Shown here in pieces: positions 29,302-38,421 of a stretch of 64,000 nucleotides of DNA. The stretch covers positions 7,387 through 71,386 of the forward strand of contig DATLZR010000015.1 of the NCBI GenBank assembly GCA_035573895.1. Reading direction: 5' to 3'. The translations under genes were made by a program, and so were the position numbers. The notes beneath the pieces are model-generated. The model was not told where the DNA came from and did no database searches. It worked only from the letters and a program-made list of their open reading frames with translations. The first letter of the stretch is position 1. Each line of letters begins with the position of its first letter. The DNA is from Blastocatellia bacterium (GTDB lineage Bacteria > Acidobacteriota > Blastocatellia > HR10).

Positions 29302-31440
29302 TTAACCTCCCTTCTTCTCCAGCGCCTGGAGAACGCGATCCGGCGTCATGGGCAGGTAGGGGACGCGCACGCCGATGGCATTGGCCACAGCGTTGGACAG
29401 GGCCGCTCCCGGCGAAATCACCGGCGGCTCTCCCAAACCGATGACGCCACGTTCGTCGTACCCTTTGCCCGTCATCATGTGAACGACCAGTTCACCGATG
29501 TCGCCAATGCCGGCCAGCTTGTAAAACTCCATGTTGGGATTGAGCATCCGTCCGGTGATGCGATCCATGATCTTCTCCTCGTAAAGCGAGTAGCAGATGC
29601 CCTGGATCATCGCGCCGTAGCACTGGCTTTCGGCAGCTTTCATATTGATGATGAGGCCACAATCCTGGACGCAGACCATCTTGTTGACCTTGATGATGCC
29701 GGTCTCGATATCCACCGACACATCGGCCATCATCACGCCGCCCACACCGCCTGAGGTCAGCGTCCCCGGTCCTGGATTCCGACCGCGCACCGACAAGGGC
29801 ATGCCTCCGAGTCGGGCGCAGGCCTGCTGCCAGGGGAGCGAACGGGAGGGATTATTCTTCACGCGAATCGTTCCTCCCACCGCTTCGAGATCTGCCGGTG
29901 CAGCCCCCAGCACCGGAGCCACTTTCTCGAAGATTTGGTCGAGTGCATCGAGGGCGGCCCGTCGGGCAGCCGAGCACACACCGCCGACGGTCGTACTTCC
30001 TCCGGATGGGCCGGATGCCGGGAAGCGATTATCGCCGATCTCGACGGTGACGGCCGACAGGGGCAGTCCCAGCGTATCCGCGATGACAACGCCGATTGCC
30101 GTGCGGGTTCCCGTCCCCAGATCCTGCGAGCCAAGTTGCACCCGAACCGATCCATCCGGCTGGATCGTCAGATCGCATTCGCTGGCATGACCGAGACCTC
30201 CCCACGTGTGGATCGAGAGACCCAGGCCGCGCTTGATCGGTCCGGAGGTTTTATCTCCGCGTGGGTGCCAGTTCTTCTTCCAGCCGATCAAATCGGCAGC
30301 GATGCGCAACTCCTCACGATAAATCTCGGCCCGCTGGCCGGTCAACGCGATATTTTTGAGAAACAGATCCAGCGGATCCATCTGAAGCGCCGCCGCCAGA
30401 TCATCCAGGGCTGCCATGGTAAGAAGACATGCCTGCGGGTGATTCGGTGCACGCCAGGCGCGCGCCGGGCCAATATGGTTGAGAATGAGGGTGTGCTTTT
30501 TGCGGAAGTTGGGAATGGCGAAGATGTAGGGGATCTGCTGCAGCGGTGACGCGCCGGCGGTAGGCCCCGCCGTTCCCCAGGATTCGGATTCCCAGGCCAG
30601 AATTGTGCCATCGCGCTTGGCGCCCACTTTGACGCGACCGTAAACCGACGGACGCGCGCCCGCGACCATTAACTCGGCGTCTCGTTCGAGCATAATCTTG
30701 ACCGGCTTGCCCCCGGCTAATTTCGACAGACGGGCACCCTCGATGCCCCAGCGATCGGGGCCGAACTTGCTTCCGAATCCTCCACCGATATGATCCTGGC
30801 GCACGCGGATGTTTCCCGCCGGTATCTCCAGAGGCGCCGCCATCTGAGCGGCAATCCCCGATACGTTTTGCGTCGAGATGTGGACGAGCAGATTATTTTC
30901 CCCCTCCCACTCAGCAATGGAGCCGTGAGGTTCCAGGCAGCAATGGGTGATGACGGCCATCCCGTAGGTGCCCTCGGTCACAACATCGGCCTCGGCGAAG
31001 GCCGCATCAGGGTTACCTCTGGTTTCTTCCCCGGCGGGCCGAACTTGATCACCGGCCGCCTTCAGGTCGTGATCAACAACGAAATGTGGCAGCTTTTCAT
31101 AGACGACTTTGATGGCCCGGATAGCATCTTCGGCGGTGGGTTCGTCCACAGCCGCCACGGCGACGACTTCGTCTCCCGCCCAGAGAATCTCCTTGCCGGG
31201 TTCCTGAATGATCTTCACGGCCTTGACGCCCGGCATCTTCTCGGCGGCGCTGGTATCAATGCTGACGATTCGGGCATGCGCATAGGGACACCGGAGGATC
31301 TTCCCGTAGAGCATCCCCGGACGATTCACATCGTAGGTGTATTTCGCTCGGCCCGTGACTTTGTCCGGCCCGTCGAGGCGGTTGTGGCGTTTGCCGATGA
31401 GACTGCGTTTTTCCGGTTCAGGCCATTTATACTCCGCCAT
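29302..31440 (-). CDS. Molybdenum hydroxylase large (molybdopterin-binding) subunit, xanthine dehydrogenase/aldehyde oxidase family
   Basis: 712 aa. N-terminal GKRHNRLDGPDKVTGRAKYTYD, Ald_Xan_dh_C2-type core. Confidence 0.85.
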   Translation of the reverse strand: MAEYKWPEPEKRSLIGKRHNRLDGPDKVTGRAKYTYDVNRPGMLYGKILRCPYAHARIVSIDTSAAEKMPGVKAVKIIQEPGKEILWAGDEVVAVAAVDEPTAEDAIRAIKVVYEKLPHFVVDHDLKAAGDQVRPAGEETRGNPDAAFAEADVVTEGTYGMAVITHCCLEPHGSIAEWEGENNLLVHISTQNVSGIAAQMAAPLEIPAGNIRVRQDHIGGGFGSKFGPDRWGIEGARLSKLAGGKPVKIMLERDAELMVAGARPSVYGRVKVGAKRDGTILAWESESWGTAGPTAGASPLQQIPYIFAIPNFRKKHTLILNHIGPARAWRAPNHPQACLLTMAALDDLAAALQMDPLDLFLKNIALTGQRAEIYREELRIAADLIGWKKNWHPRGDKTSGPIKRGLGLSIHTWGGLGHASECDLTIQPDGSVRVQLGSQDLGTGTRTAIGVVIADTLGLPLSAVTVEIGDNRFPASGPSGGSTTVGGVCSAARRAALDALDQIFEKVAPVLGAAPADLEAVGGTIRVKNNPSRSLPWQQACARLGGMPLSVRGRNPGPGTLTSGGVGGVMMADVSVDIETGIIKVNKMVCVQDCGLIINMKAAESQCYGAMIQGICYSLYEEKIMDRITGRMLNPNMEFYKLAGIGDIGELVVHMMTGKGYDERGVIGLGEPPVISPGAALSNAVANAIGVRVPYLPMTPDRVLQALEKKGG

Positions 31441-31443
31441 GGC

Positions 31444-32067
31444 TCATCCTCCTTTCTGCATCCGCGCCGCCTGCATCACCGCGGCTTGAATGCCCACGTA
31501 TGTACCGCAGCGACAGAGATTGCCGCCGAGTCCCTTCCGAATCTCCTCCGGCGTCGGATTGGGGTGCCGGTCGAGAAATGCTTTGCAGGCGACGACAAAC
31601 CCCGGCGTGCAGAAGCCACATTGCAGGGCGTCATTATCCACGAAGGCCTGCTGAATCGGATGCAAGCTGCCGGCTGCTGCCAATCCCTCGACGGTGGTGA
31701 TGGCGTGGCTCTGAGCTTCGATGGCCAGGATGGAACACGCATAAACCGCCTTGCCGTCGAGCAGCACCGTGCAGGCTCCGCAGGTCCCCCGATCGCATAC
31801 CCGTTTGGCCCCGGTCAGATCGAACTCCTGACGCAAGGCATCGAGCAAGGTCACCCGTGGTTCCAACTCCGCCGTGAATTTTTTACCGTTAATGGTGAAC
31901 GTCATCGGGACCTTCCCCGGTCCCTGAAGGGCAACGGGAGCGCCCGCGACGCGGATAATGCGGGTCCCCATCACCAGAGGAACCGAGAAGGAAATTCCCG
32001 ACACCTTCAAGAAATCGCGTCGAGAGATCCCGACGCTCTCCTTGCGAATCCGATCATCGTCGCGCAT
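31444..32067 (-). CDS. Molybdenum hydroxylase (2Fe-2S)-binding small subunit with Tat signal peptide
   Basis: 207 aa. SRRDFLK twin-arginine motif. Plant-type ferredoxin Cys (CDRGTCGACTV) and second cluster (CGFCTPG, CRCGTY). Confidence 0.85.
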   Translation of the reverse strand: MRDDDRIRKESVGISRRDFLKVSGISFSVPLVMGTRIIRVAGAPVALQGPGKVPMTFTINGKKFTAELEPRVTLLDALRQEFDLTGAKRVCDRGTCGACTVLLDGKAVYACSILAIEAQSHAITTVEGLAAAGSLHPIQQAFVDNDALQCGFCTPGFVVACKAFLDRHPNPTPEEIRKGLGGNLCRCGTYVGIQAAVMQAARMQKGG

Positions 32068-32103
32068 CGTCCACTCCTTTCCGCCAAGTGGCCCGCGAAA
32101 CCT

Positions 32104-32532
32104 TTAGCGGTCCGGCACCGCCACTTCGCGCAACTCAAGTGGAGCCCCGCAGCAGGGACAGCGTCCGGGAACCGGTTCCGTGATGCTGCAGGTCTCACAC
32201 ACGTAGGACAACTCAAACTTCCGTCCGTCGCGCAGCCAAAAAACGCGAATGAGTTCCAACTCTCCCGCGGGATGCTGGACTGCCAAAATCTCCAGCTCTC
32301 GCCGACGTATCCTCTCATCGCGGAAGAGGGCGACCGCACGATCCCCCGAACGAAACCCATAGACGCGCCCCTCGGTCGTCCTGAAAATAAACTGATGAGG
32401 GGCAGACGCACCGGGCTTTTCCTCCACATGCCCTCGAACGATGATGCGTCCGCTCGAGGGAGAGGTCATCTGAGTCATGAAACCGGGAGTCGAAAAGACA
32501 CTCAGGATGAGGAGTACGATCCCCCAGGACAT
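32104..32532 (-). CDS. Membrane-anchored hypothetical protein with C-terminal CxxC...CxxC zinc ribbon
   Basis: I chose the ATG at 32532 (MSWGIVLLILSVF... TM helix). The longer track ORF runs to 32634. The C-terminus has CETCSITEPVPGRCPCCG. Confidence 0.4.
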   Translation of the reverse strand: MSWGIVLLILSVFSTPGFMTQMTSPSSGRIIVRGHVEEKPGASAPHQFIFRTTEGRVYGFRSGDRAVALFRDERIRRRELEILAVQHPAGELELIRVFWLRDGRKFELSYVCETCSITEPVPGRCPCCGAPLELREVAVPDR

Positions 32533-32659
32533 TAGCCAGCGGAAGGGCCATACCGATCCGGCCGTCCCGTTGGTCCTTTCGCTCGCTAAACGCACGATAT
32601 CCTCTCCCCGGTGCGTGTCAGAGTGCGGGGCCAATACTATCAGAGGCCCGAAAGATATG

Positions 32660-33781
32660 TCAACGCATCACCTTTCGGATGTCGCCGAGCGTGAGATAGC
32701 CGATGATGAATCCCTGATCATCGAGAACGGCCGCTGACCCGATGCCGTTCTCGCTGAGAGTGAGATGGGCTGTCACCAGTGACGTGTGAGGGAAAAGGAA
32801 GAGTCGCGGATTGACCGGCTGCATCACATCCCAGACTTTCAGCGTCGGCCAGCGATCGCGGGAAATGCTTTCGAGTCTCTTCAGCGCCAGGATGCCATGA
32901 AGCCGACCGTCCGGGGACACGGGAAAGGTCAGGCTGCGACAGTGGGGGAGAATATGATCCACCACCTCCTGAACTGTTAAATCCGGTCGGAGCCGGGTCG
33001 GCGGTTCAGTCATCACATCGGCCACAGTCAGTTGCTGAAGCGATTGCATGGCGCGCAGATGGCTCAGGCTCTGGGCGGCGGCGTCCTTGAGAAAGATCCC
33101 GATGAGAATGGCCCACGATCCGGCGAAAATATCGGCGCCGGTCTCGGCCCGCAAGCACCAGTAGATTCCTAATACCAGCAGCGTGTAGGCAATGGCCTGC
33201 CCCGACCGAACCGCCCAACGACTGGCCTCCCAGGGGTCACCGCGAAGATGCCACATCAGCGCGCGGAACACGCGCCCTCCATCCAGCGGAAATCCCGGAA
33301 GCAAATTAAAGAGGGCCAGGATGAGATTGGACAACGCCAGATAGTTGGTAATAAGCGCCCCCGGACGCGAGTCGAAGACGTAGATGCTCATCTGATTGAG
33401 AACGAAGAAGAGAACGGCGTAGAGGAAACTCGTTCCCGGTCCCGCGATGGCAATGCGCAATTCGGCTCCCGGCGACGTGACATCCCGCTCGAATCGCGCC
33501 AGGCCCCCAAACAGATGCAACGTGATGTCACGAATCCGAATCCCTTCGGCTCGCGCCACCAGCGCATGACCGATTTCATGTCCGAGAACGGACAGAAACA
33601 GGAGAATCGTGGCTGCCGAACCGAGAATCCAGTATTCGACCGGACGAAGATGATGAAGATGGCGCGGCAGATAAAGCGCCGACATCGCAAACAAATGGAG
33701 GATGAAGATCGGGAACCAGCCGTAGCTCAGCCGGATGGGAATATCGAAGAGTCGCGCCACTGTGATCGGTTTGAGCCGCAC
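32660..33781 (-). CDS. Site-2 protease family (M50) zinc metalloprotease with C-terminal CBS domain pair
   Basis: 373 aa. HEIGHAL HExxH motif, PLDGGRV, multiple TM helices, C-terminal tandem CBS. Confidence 0.85.
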   Translation of the reverse strand: MRLKPITVARLFDIPIRLSYGWFPIFILHLFAMSALYLPRHLHHLRPVEYWILGSAATILLFLSVLGHEIGHALVARAEGIRIRDITLHLFGGLARFERDVTSPGAELRIAIAGPGTSFLYAVLFFVLNQMSIYVFDSRPGALITNYLALSNLILALFNLLPGFPLDGGRVFRALMWHLRGDPWEASRWAVRSGQAIAYTLLVLGIYWCLRAETGADIFAGSWAILIGIFLKDAAAQSLSHLRAMQSLQQLTVADVMTEPPTRLRPDLTVQEVVDHILPHCRSLTFPVSPDGRLHGILALKRLESISRDRWPTLKVWDVMQPVNPRLFLFPHTSLVTAHLTLSENGIGSAAVLDDQGFIIGYLTLGDIRKVMR

Positions 33782-33864
33782 GGTTGACGTTCGATCTTAC
33801 ACCGAGCCGCTTGCCGGAGGGGAAGTCCTCCGCCGTTATGTTCCGGCGGCGGTCGCGACCACCA

Positions 33865-34353
33865 TCACGGAGTCCGCACGCGGCCGTTGCCCGGCGGTCG
33901 CGCGGGGATCGCTTCTCCGGAGTCAGCGGCCGAAGCCGATCCGTTTGGTCCCGGCTTGAGCCCCAGCCGGCGGAGCGCGAGAGCCGTGGGATAGCCCGTG
34001 ATATCGAGATTCTCCGCCTGTTGAAAGCGTTTCATCGCGTTCACCGTTTCGGCGTCATAAACTCCTGAGGGCGGGCCTTCGAGGTAGCCTCGCGCAATTA
34101 GCGCATTCTGAATCTCCAGCACCCTCTCGCGGGGAATTCGCGCTCCCGGCACAATCGCCACCCGACGCGCGCGACGACTACGCGCGGACCGAGGCGATGA
34201 TCGGGACGATTTTCCCTTCGGCGTCGCCACACGACGCAGGGTTGACTTCTTGGCCTTTTGTGACGACGGAAGGGGTCGAGACTCCATAACCGGTACCAGA
34301 AGAGCGAGCACAAGCATCACACCTATCACCCTGGCGAGCGTTCTTCTTCTCAT
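33865..34353 (-). CDS. Secreted protein with peptidoglycan-binding (PG_binding_1-like) domain
   Basis: I chose the ATG at 34353 after a GGGAGGTG RBS. The longer track ORF runs to 34368. Signal peptide, basic S/R-rich linker. LEIQNALIARGYLEGPPSGVYDAETVNAMKRFQQAENLDITG matches the PG-binding fold. Confidence 0.65.
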   Translation of the reverse strand: MRRRTLARVIGVMLVLALLVPVMESRPLPSSQKAKKSTLRRVATPKGKSSRSSPRSARSRRARRVAIVPGARIPRERVLEIQNALIARGYLEGPPSGVYDAETVNAMKRFQQAENLDITGYPTALALRRLGLKPGPNGSASAADSGEAIPARPPGNGRVRTP

Positions 34354-34421
34354 CGCACCACCTCCCACCGACCAATGCGTTTCCTCCCGCCGCGGCGCAA
34401 TCAGGACGACGAACGAATCGG

Positions 34422-35993
34422 TTAGGGCACCGTGCCGGAGAGAATATCCCGGGATGGTCCCCGGGACCGACTCGGACGAGCGATGACGATCACCACATCA
34501 TCGCCCGATTTCAACCCGTCAAATGCACGCTTGAACTCATCGGGTCCGGTGATCTCCCGACGATTCATCGTGAGAATGACATCACCGGGAAGCAGGCCGA
34601 TTTCTTCGGCGAAACTTCCCTCCTCGACTTCGGAGACGAGCGCCCCTTTCGCTTCCTGAAGGTTGAGAGATCGAGCGACGTGCGGAGTGACCGATTCCAG
34701 TCGCGCCCCGAAGCTGGGCTTGACCCTGGGTTCATCCTTTCCTCGTCCCCCTTCCTCTCCGGGCGCTGGGGGAGTCGTGCCGGATTCCCCTCGTTGAGCG
34801 ATGGAGGGGCGCATCCCCAGCTTCACGCTGGTGACGTATTCCTTGCCGTCTCGAATGTAGGTGAGCCGAACGGTGCGCCCGGCCTCCGTGCCGGCGACCC
34901 GTCGGGTGAGATCCCGACTATCCTGAACGGGTTGGCCTTCAAAGGCGATGATGATGTCGCCGGTGCGCAGGCCCGCTTGCCCCGCCGGACTGTCATCGCC
35001 GATGACATTCTGAACGAGAGCGCCTCGAGGCTCCTTCATCCCGTTGAGTCGCGCCACCTGCGGCGTCACCGGCTTGAGCCACACACCGAGATAGCCGCGT
35101 GTGACCCGCCCGGTGCTGACCAATTGATTGTAAATCTCTACGGCCAGAGTTGACGGAAGAGCGAAGCCCACGCCGTTAAACGTTCCCGTGTTGGTGGGGA
35201 TTTGCGTGTTAATTCCCACGACCTCGCCAAAGAGATTGATCAGCGGTCCGCCGGAATTTCCCGGATTAATCGCCGCGTCCGTCTGCAAGAATTTCTGGAA
35301 CTGACTCAGCGGCCCATCGGTCACCCGATCTTTTGCGCTGATGATTCCCGCCGTCACCGTCTGTTCTAATCCGAAGGGGCTGCCAATGGCCAGGACCCAA
35401 TCGCCCACTCGCAATCGGTCGGAATCGCCAAGCTTAGCGGCGGGCAACGGCTCGCTGGCAGAGATCTTGATGACGGCCAGATCCGTTTCGGGATCCGTCC
35501 CCACGACCTCGGGGATGAAAGTTCGACCGTCTCGCAGCTTGACGCGAATGGTCGTGGCTCCTTCAATGACGTGGTTATTGGTGAGAATATAGCCCGATGG
35601 ATCAACGATGACGCCCGAACCGGTCCCGCGCCGTATCCCATGAGGAGGCCGACCGAAGAAATCGAACACGTCACGACGACCTGAGCGACCGGATTCCGTC
35701 TCGATGTGAACGACCGCCGGTTCGACCATTCGAGCGACCTGGGCGAAAGCTTCTGACAGGGCCATGGCCGTGGCAATCGGTCCCGTGGCGACAGCTTCCG
35801 AACTGCTCACCTTGATGAGATGACCGCTCTGGCCGGCTGATGCTCCACCCGATACAACGACTCCGATGCCGATGCCCACGAGCAAAGTGACGACCAGAGC
35901 CACCGGCATCACCCAGGATCGCAAGCGCACTGCCGACGGCGTCTCCATCGGCACAACGACCGAACGCTCAGACATTCCCTCTTGTTCGTCCAT
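34422..35993 (-). CDS. Second HtrA/DegP-family serine protease (two PDZ domains)
   Basis: 523 aa. TM anchor, GYILTNNHVIEGA, GNSGGPL, two PDZ segments. Confidence 0.9.
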   Translation of the reverse strand: MDEQEGMSERSVVVPMETPSAVRLRSWVMPVALVVTLLVGIGIGVVVSGGASAGQSGHLIKVSSSEAVATGPIATAMALSEAFAQVARMVEPAVVHIETESGRSGRRDVFDFFGRPPHGIRRGTGSGVIVDPSGYILTNNHVIEGATTIRVKLRDGRTFIPEVVGTDPETDLAVIKISASEPLPAAKLGDSDRLRVGDWVLAIGSPFGLEQTVTAGIISAKDRVTDGPLSQFQKFLQTDAAINPGNSGGPLINLFGEVVGINTQIPTNTGTFNGVGFALPSTLAVEIYNQLVSTGRVTRGYLGVWLKPVTPQVARLNGMKEPRGALVQNVIGDDSPAGQAGLRTGDIIIAFEGQPVQDSRDLTRRVAGTEAGRTVRLTYIRDGKEYVTSVKLGMRPSIAQRGESGTTPPAPGEEGGRGKDEPRVKPSFGARLESVTPHVARSLNLQEAKGALVSEVEEGSFAEEIGLLPGDVILTMNRREITGPDEFKRAFDGLKSGDDVVIVIARPSRSRGPSRDILSGTVP

Positions 35994-36578
35994 GTCACCC
36001 TCCTACTCAGTGCTCCAGACGGCCATCATTATAACAGAACCCGCGCACGACCGGCACGCAATCCCTACGGACAATAAGGCGCCATCAGCAGCGCTCACCT
36101 CGCAAGAGAGGTCAAGGGTCGGAGCGAAGAAATTTCTCCCGCAATGCTTCCCCTCCCCCGCTTGCCCACCCGATCCTCACGGGCCTTTTTATGGATTAGC
36201 GAGTGATGGCAGGCGCGGCAGTAAAAATGAGAAATTGGCCGATTATCTGGGTGATCCGTAAGAAGGCATTATTCGCCCGGACTACCTCCCAACCGCTGCT
36301 TTTGAGAGCGAGGCGAAGGCTCGCCCGGCCACGAGTCGGTTCGGCTCGCGCTCCGTCGCTTCGATAGCTTGCCCCAGCCCCGCGAGTCCGGGAAAAACAG
36401 TTCGTTTGACGCTATCGCACATTTTCATCCACAATCACGCGGTGATGACAGGGGAATCGCCCATGAACGGGATATTCGCCACAAACGAGAAAAATCTGGC
36501 AGCGCCCGCCTGTCGCCAGCTCAAGCGGGCACGCTGGAAGCGTGCGCTCCCAGGGTATTTTCAGGGGAGGTCACGGTC

Positions 36579-37355
36579 ATGAAAATCTCGGTCACGGTGA
36601 TCACATTCAACGAGGAGGATCGCATCGCCGATGCTCTCGAATCGGTCAGTTGGGCCGATGAGATCGTCGTGGTGGATGCCGGTAGCACCGATCGCACGAG
36701 GGAGATCGCGCGCCGGTATACGGATCGCGTTCTCATTCACCCCTGGTCGGGATATGCGGCCCAGAAACAGTACGCCGATTCTCAAGCGTCGCATGAGTGG
36801 ATCTTCTCCCTCGATGCCGATGAGCGCGTGTCACCGGCGCTGCGCCGTTCGATCGAGGCGGTGAAGCGCGAGGGCCCCCAGCATGATGGTTATCGGGTGG
36901 CTCGCCGCGCCTGGTATCTGGGGCGCTGGATCGCACATGGCGGCTGGTATCCCGACTATCAACTGCGGCTTTATCGGCGAGATCGCGCCCGGTGGGTCGG
37001 AGACTTCGTCCACGAATCGGTGCGCGTCGAGGGCCGCGTCGGACGGCTCGACGGTGATCTCTGGCACCTCACCCGCCGCAGCCTCAGCGAACATCACGAA
37101 GTCCTCGGACGTTACACCACGCTCGCGGCAGAGCAGGACGCACAACGTGGCGTTCGCGTCGGCCTCGCACGACTGCTTTTTCAACCGGCGCTGACCTTCA
37201 TCCGCAGCTATCTTCTCCGGCAGGGCTTTCGTGATGGTGTTCCCGGATTGATCATCGCCGGGTTTGCCGCCTACTACGTCTTTCTCAAATATGCCAAGCT
37301 CTGGGAGAAGCAAAATCTTCCTCAAGGATGGGGAACGCCTCCACCGCCTGAGTAA
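36579..37355 (+). CDS. Family 2 glycosyltransferase (LPS-core/KdtX-WaaE-like)
   Basis: I chose the ATG at 36579 after a GGGGAGG RBS (MKISVTVITFNEEDRIADALESV...DEIVVVDAGSTDRT...). The longer track ORF starts at 36369. GT-A DxD motif (SLDADE). Confidence 0.8.
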   Translation: MKISVTVITFNEEDRIADALESVSWADEIVVVDAGSTDRTREIARRYTDRVLIHPWSGYAAQKQYADSQASHEWIFSLDADERVSPALRRSIEAVKREGPQHDGYRVARRAWYLGRWIAHGGWYPDYQLRLYRRDRARWVGDFVHESVRVEGRVGRLDGDLWHLTRRSLSEHHEVLGRYTTLAAEQDAQRGVRVGLARLLFQPALTFIRSYLLRQGFRDGVPGLIIAGFAAYYVFLKYAKLWEKQNLPQGWGTPPPPE

Positions 37356-37413
37356 CTTCCGAGCGCCGCCGCCCGCCCGGGCCCGCGCGAAGACGGATCG
37401 GTCCGGTCCGATC

Positions 37414-38229
37414 TCACATCGGGTGCTGCCGAGAGACGTCGGAGATAAAATCGGCCACTGCTCGATTGAACGCCTCAGCTCGTTCGATGAAAAAGGCGTG
37501 GCCGCCCCGCTCGAAGATCGTCAGGCGGGCTCCGGGAATACGCGCGGCCAGACGTCGTGAATTCTCCGGGGGGATCAAAACATCTTCGGCGGCCGTGATG
37601 ACGAGCGTGGGAGCTGTAATACGCGCCACGCGATCCTCCGCATTGAAGCTCATCACGGCCTGAACCTGACGCCGGAATGTTTCTTCCGACACGGGATGGG
37701 TGAGCCGCAACTGAATGACCATCTCAACGACATCGGGATGGGCAGCGATGAACTCGCGGGTGAAAGCGATCTCCTGCCCCTGGCGGATGCGCTCTTCACT
37801 GTTGATGTCGGCCGGGGAGAGGAAAAACTTCAACACCTCTGGCGACGCGGGAACATGATTGGGGCCGCCAAAACTCGTACAGGCCAGCACCAGCGATCGC
37901 ACGCACGCCGGATGTCGCAAGGCGAGTTCCTGAGCGATGAACCCACCCATGGAAGCCCCGACGATGTGAGCCGACCCATAACCGAGGCCTTCAATCAAGG
38001 CAGCCGCATCGTCAGCGAGCATCTCGATGGTATAAGGAGCCTGACTGTCACCGGACGAACCGATCCCCCGGTTGTCGAAGACAATTGTCCGAAACTGCTG
38101 GGACAACGACGGAACCTGACGGAACCACACCCAGTGTCCCACGCCAAAACCGGCAATAAACAAAAGCGGTTCGCCCTTTCCCTGAACGTCATAGTAGATT
38201 TCCACATCGTTGACGGATATTCTCGGCAT
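37414..38229 (-). CDS. Alpha/beta-fold hydrolase
   Basis: 271 aa. GASMGG nucleophile elbow, HGxP-like N-terminal region. Confidence 0.8.
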   Translation of the reverse strand: MPRISVNDVEIYYDVQGKGEPLLFIAGFGVGHWVWFRQVPSLSQQFRTIVFDNRGIGSSGDSQAPYTIEMLADDAAALIEGLGYGSAHIVGASMGGFIAQELALRHPACVRSLVLACTSFGGPNHVPASPEVLKFFLSPADINSEERIRQGQEIAFTREFIAAHPDVVEMVIQLRLTHPVSEETFRRQVQAVMSFNAEDRVARITAPTLVITAAEDVLIPPENSRRLAARIPGARLTIFERGGHAFFIERAEAFNRAVADFISDVSRQHPM

Positions 38230-38421
38230 CAGTTTTTCCTCCGGGTCATCAGCATGGACTCATGGGCTCCTTTATCGGAGTCGGTCGGGGAGCGAGGACG
38301 GCTCCCGAGAGATGCTGGAGAAGGGAGCGCAAACCCTCCCCCCGTCGTCCGACGGCTGAAAGGTCCGCGCCACATTTTTTTCAAAGATCCCGGACCACAC
38401 GGTGAGAGCAACTCGGTCCGA

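Noticed and set aside
29645-32535. Several long + strand ORFs (181, 204, 581 aa) across the Mo-hydroxylase operon
   Set aside because: Shadow ORFs opposite strongly supported minus-strand genes.
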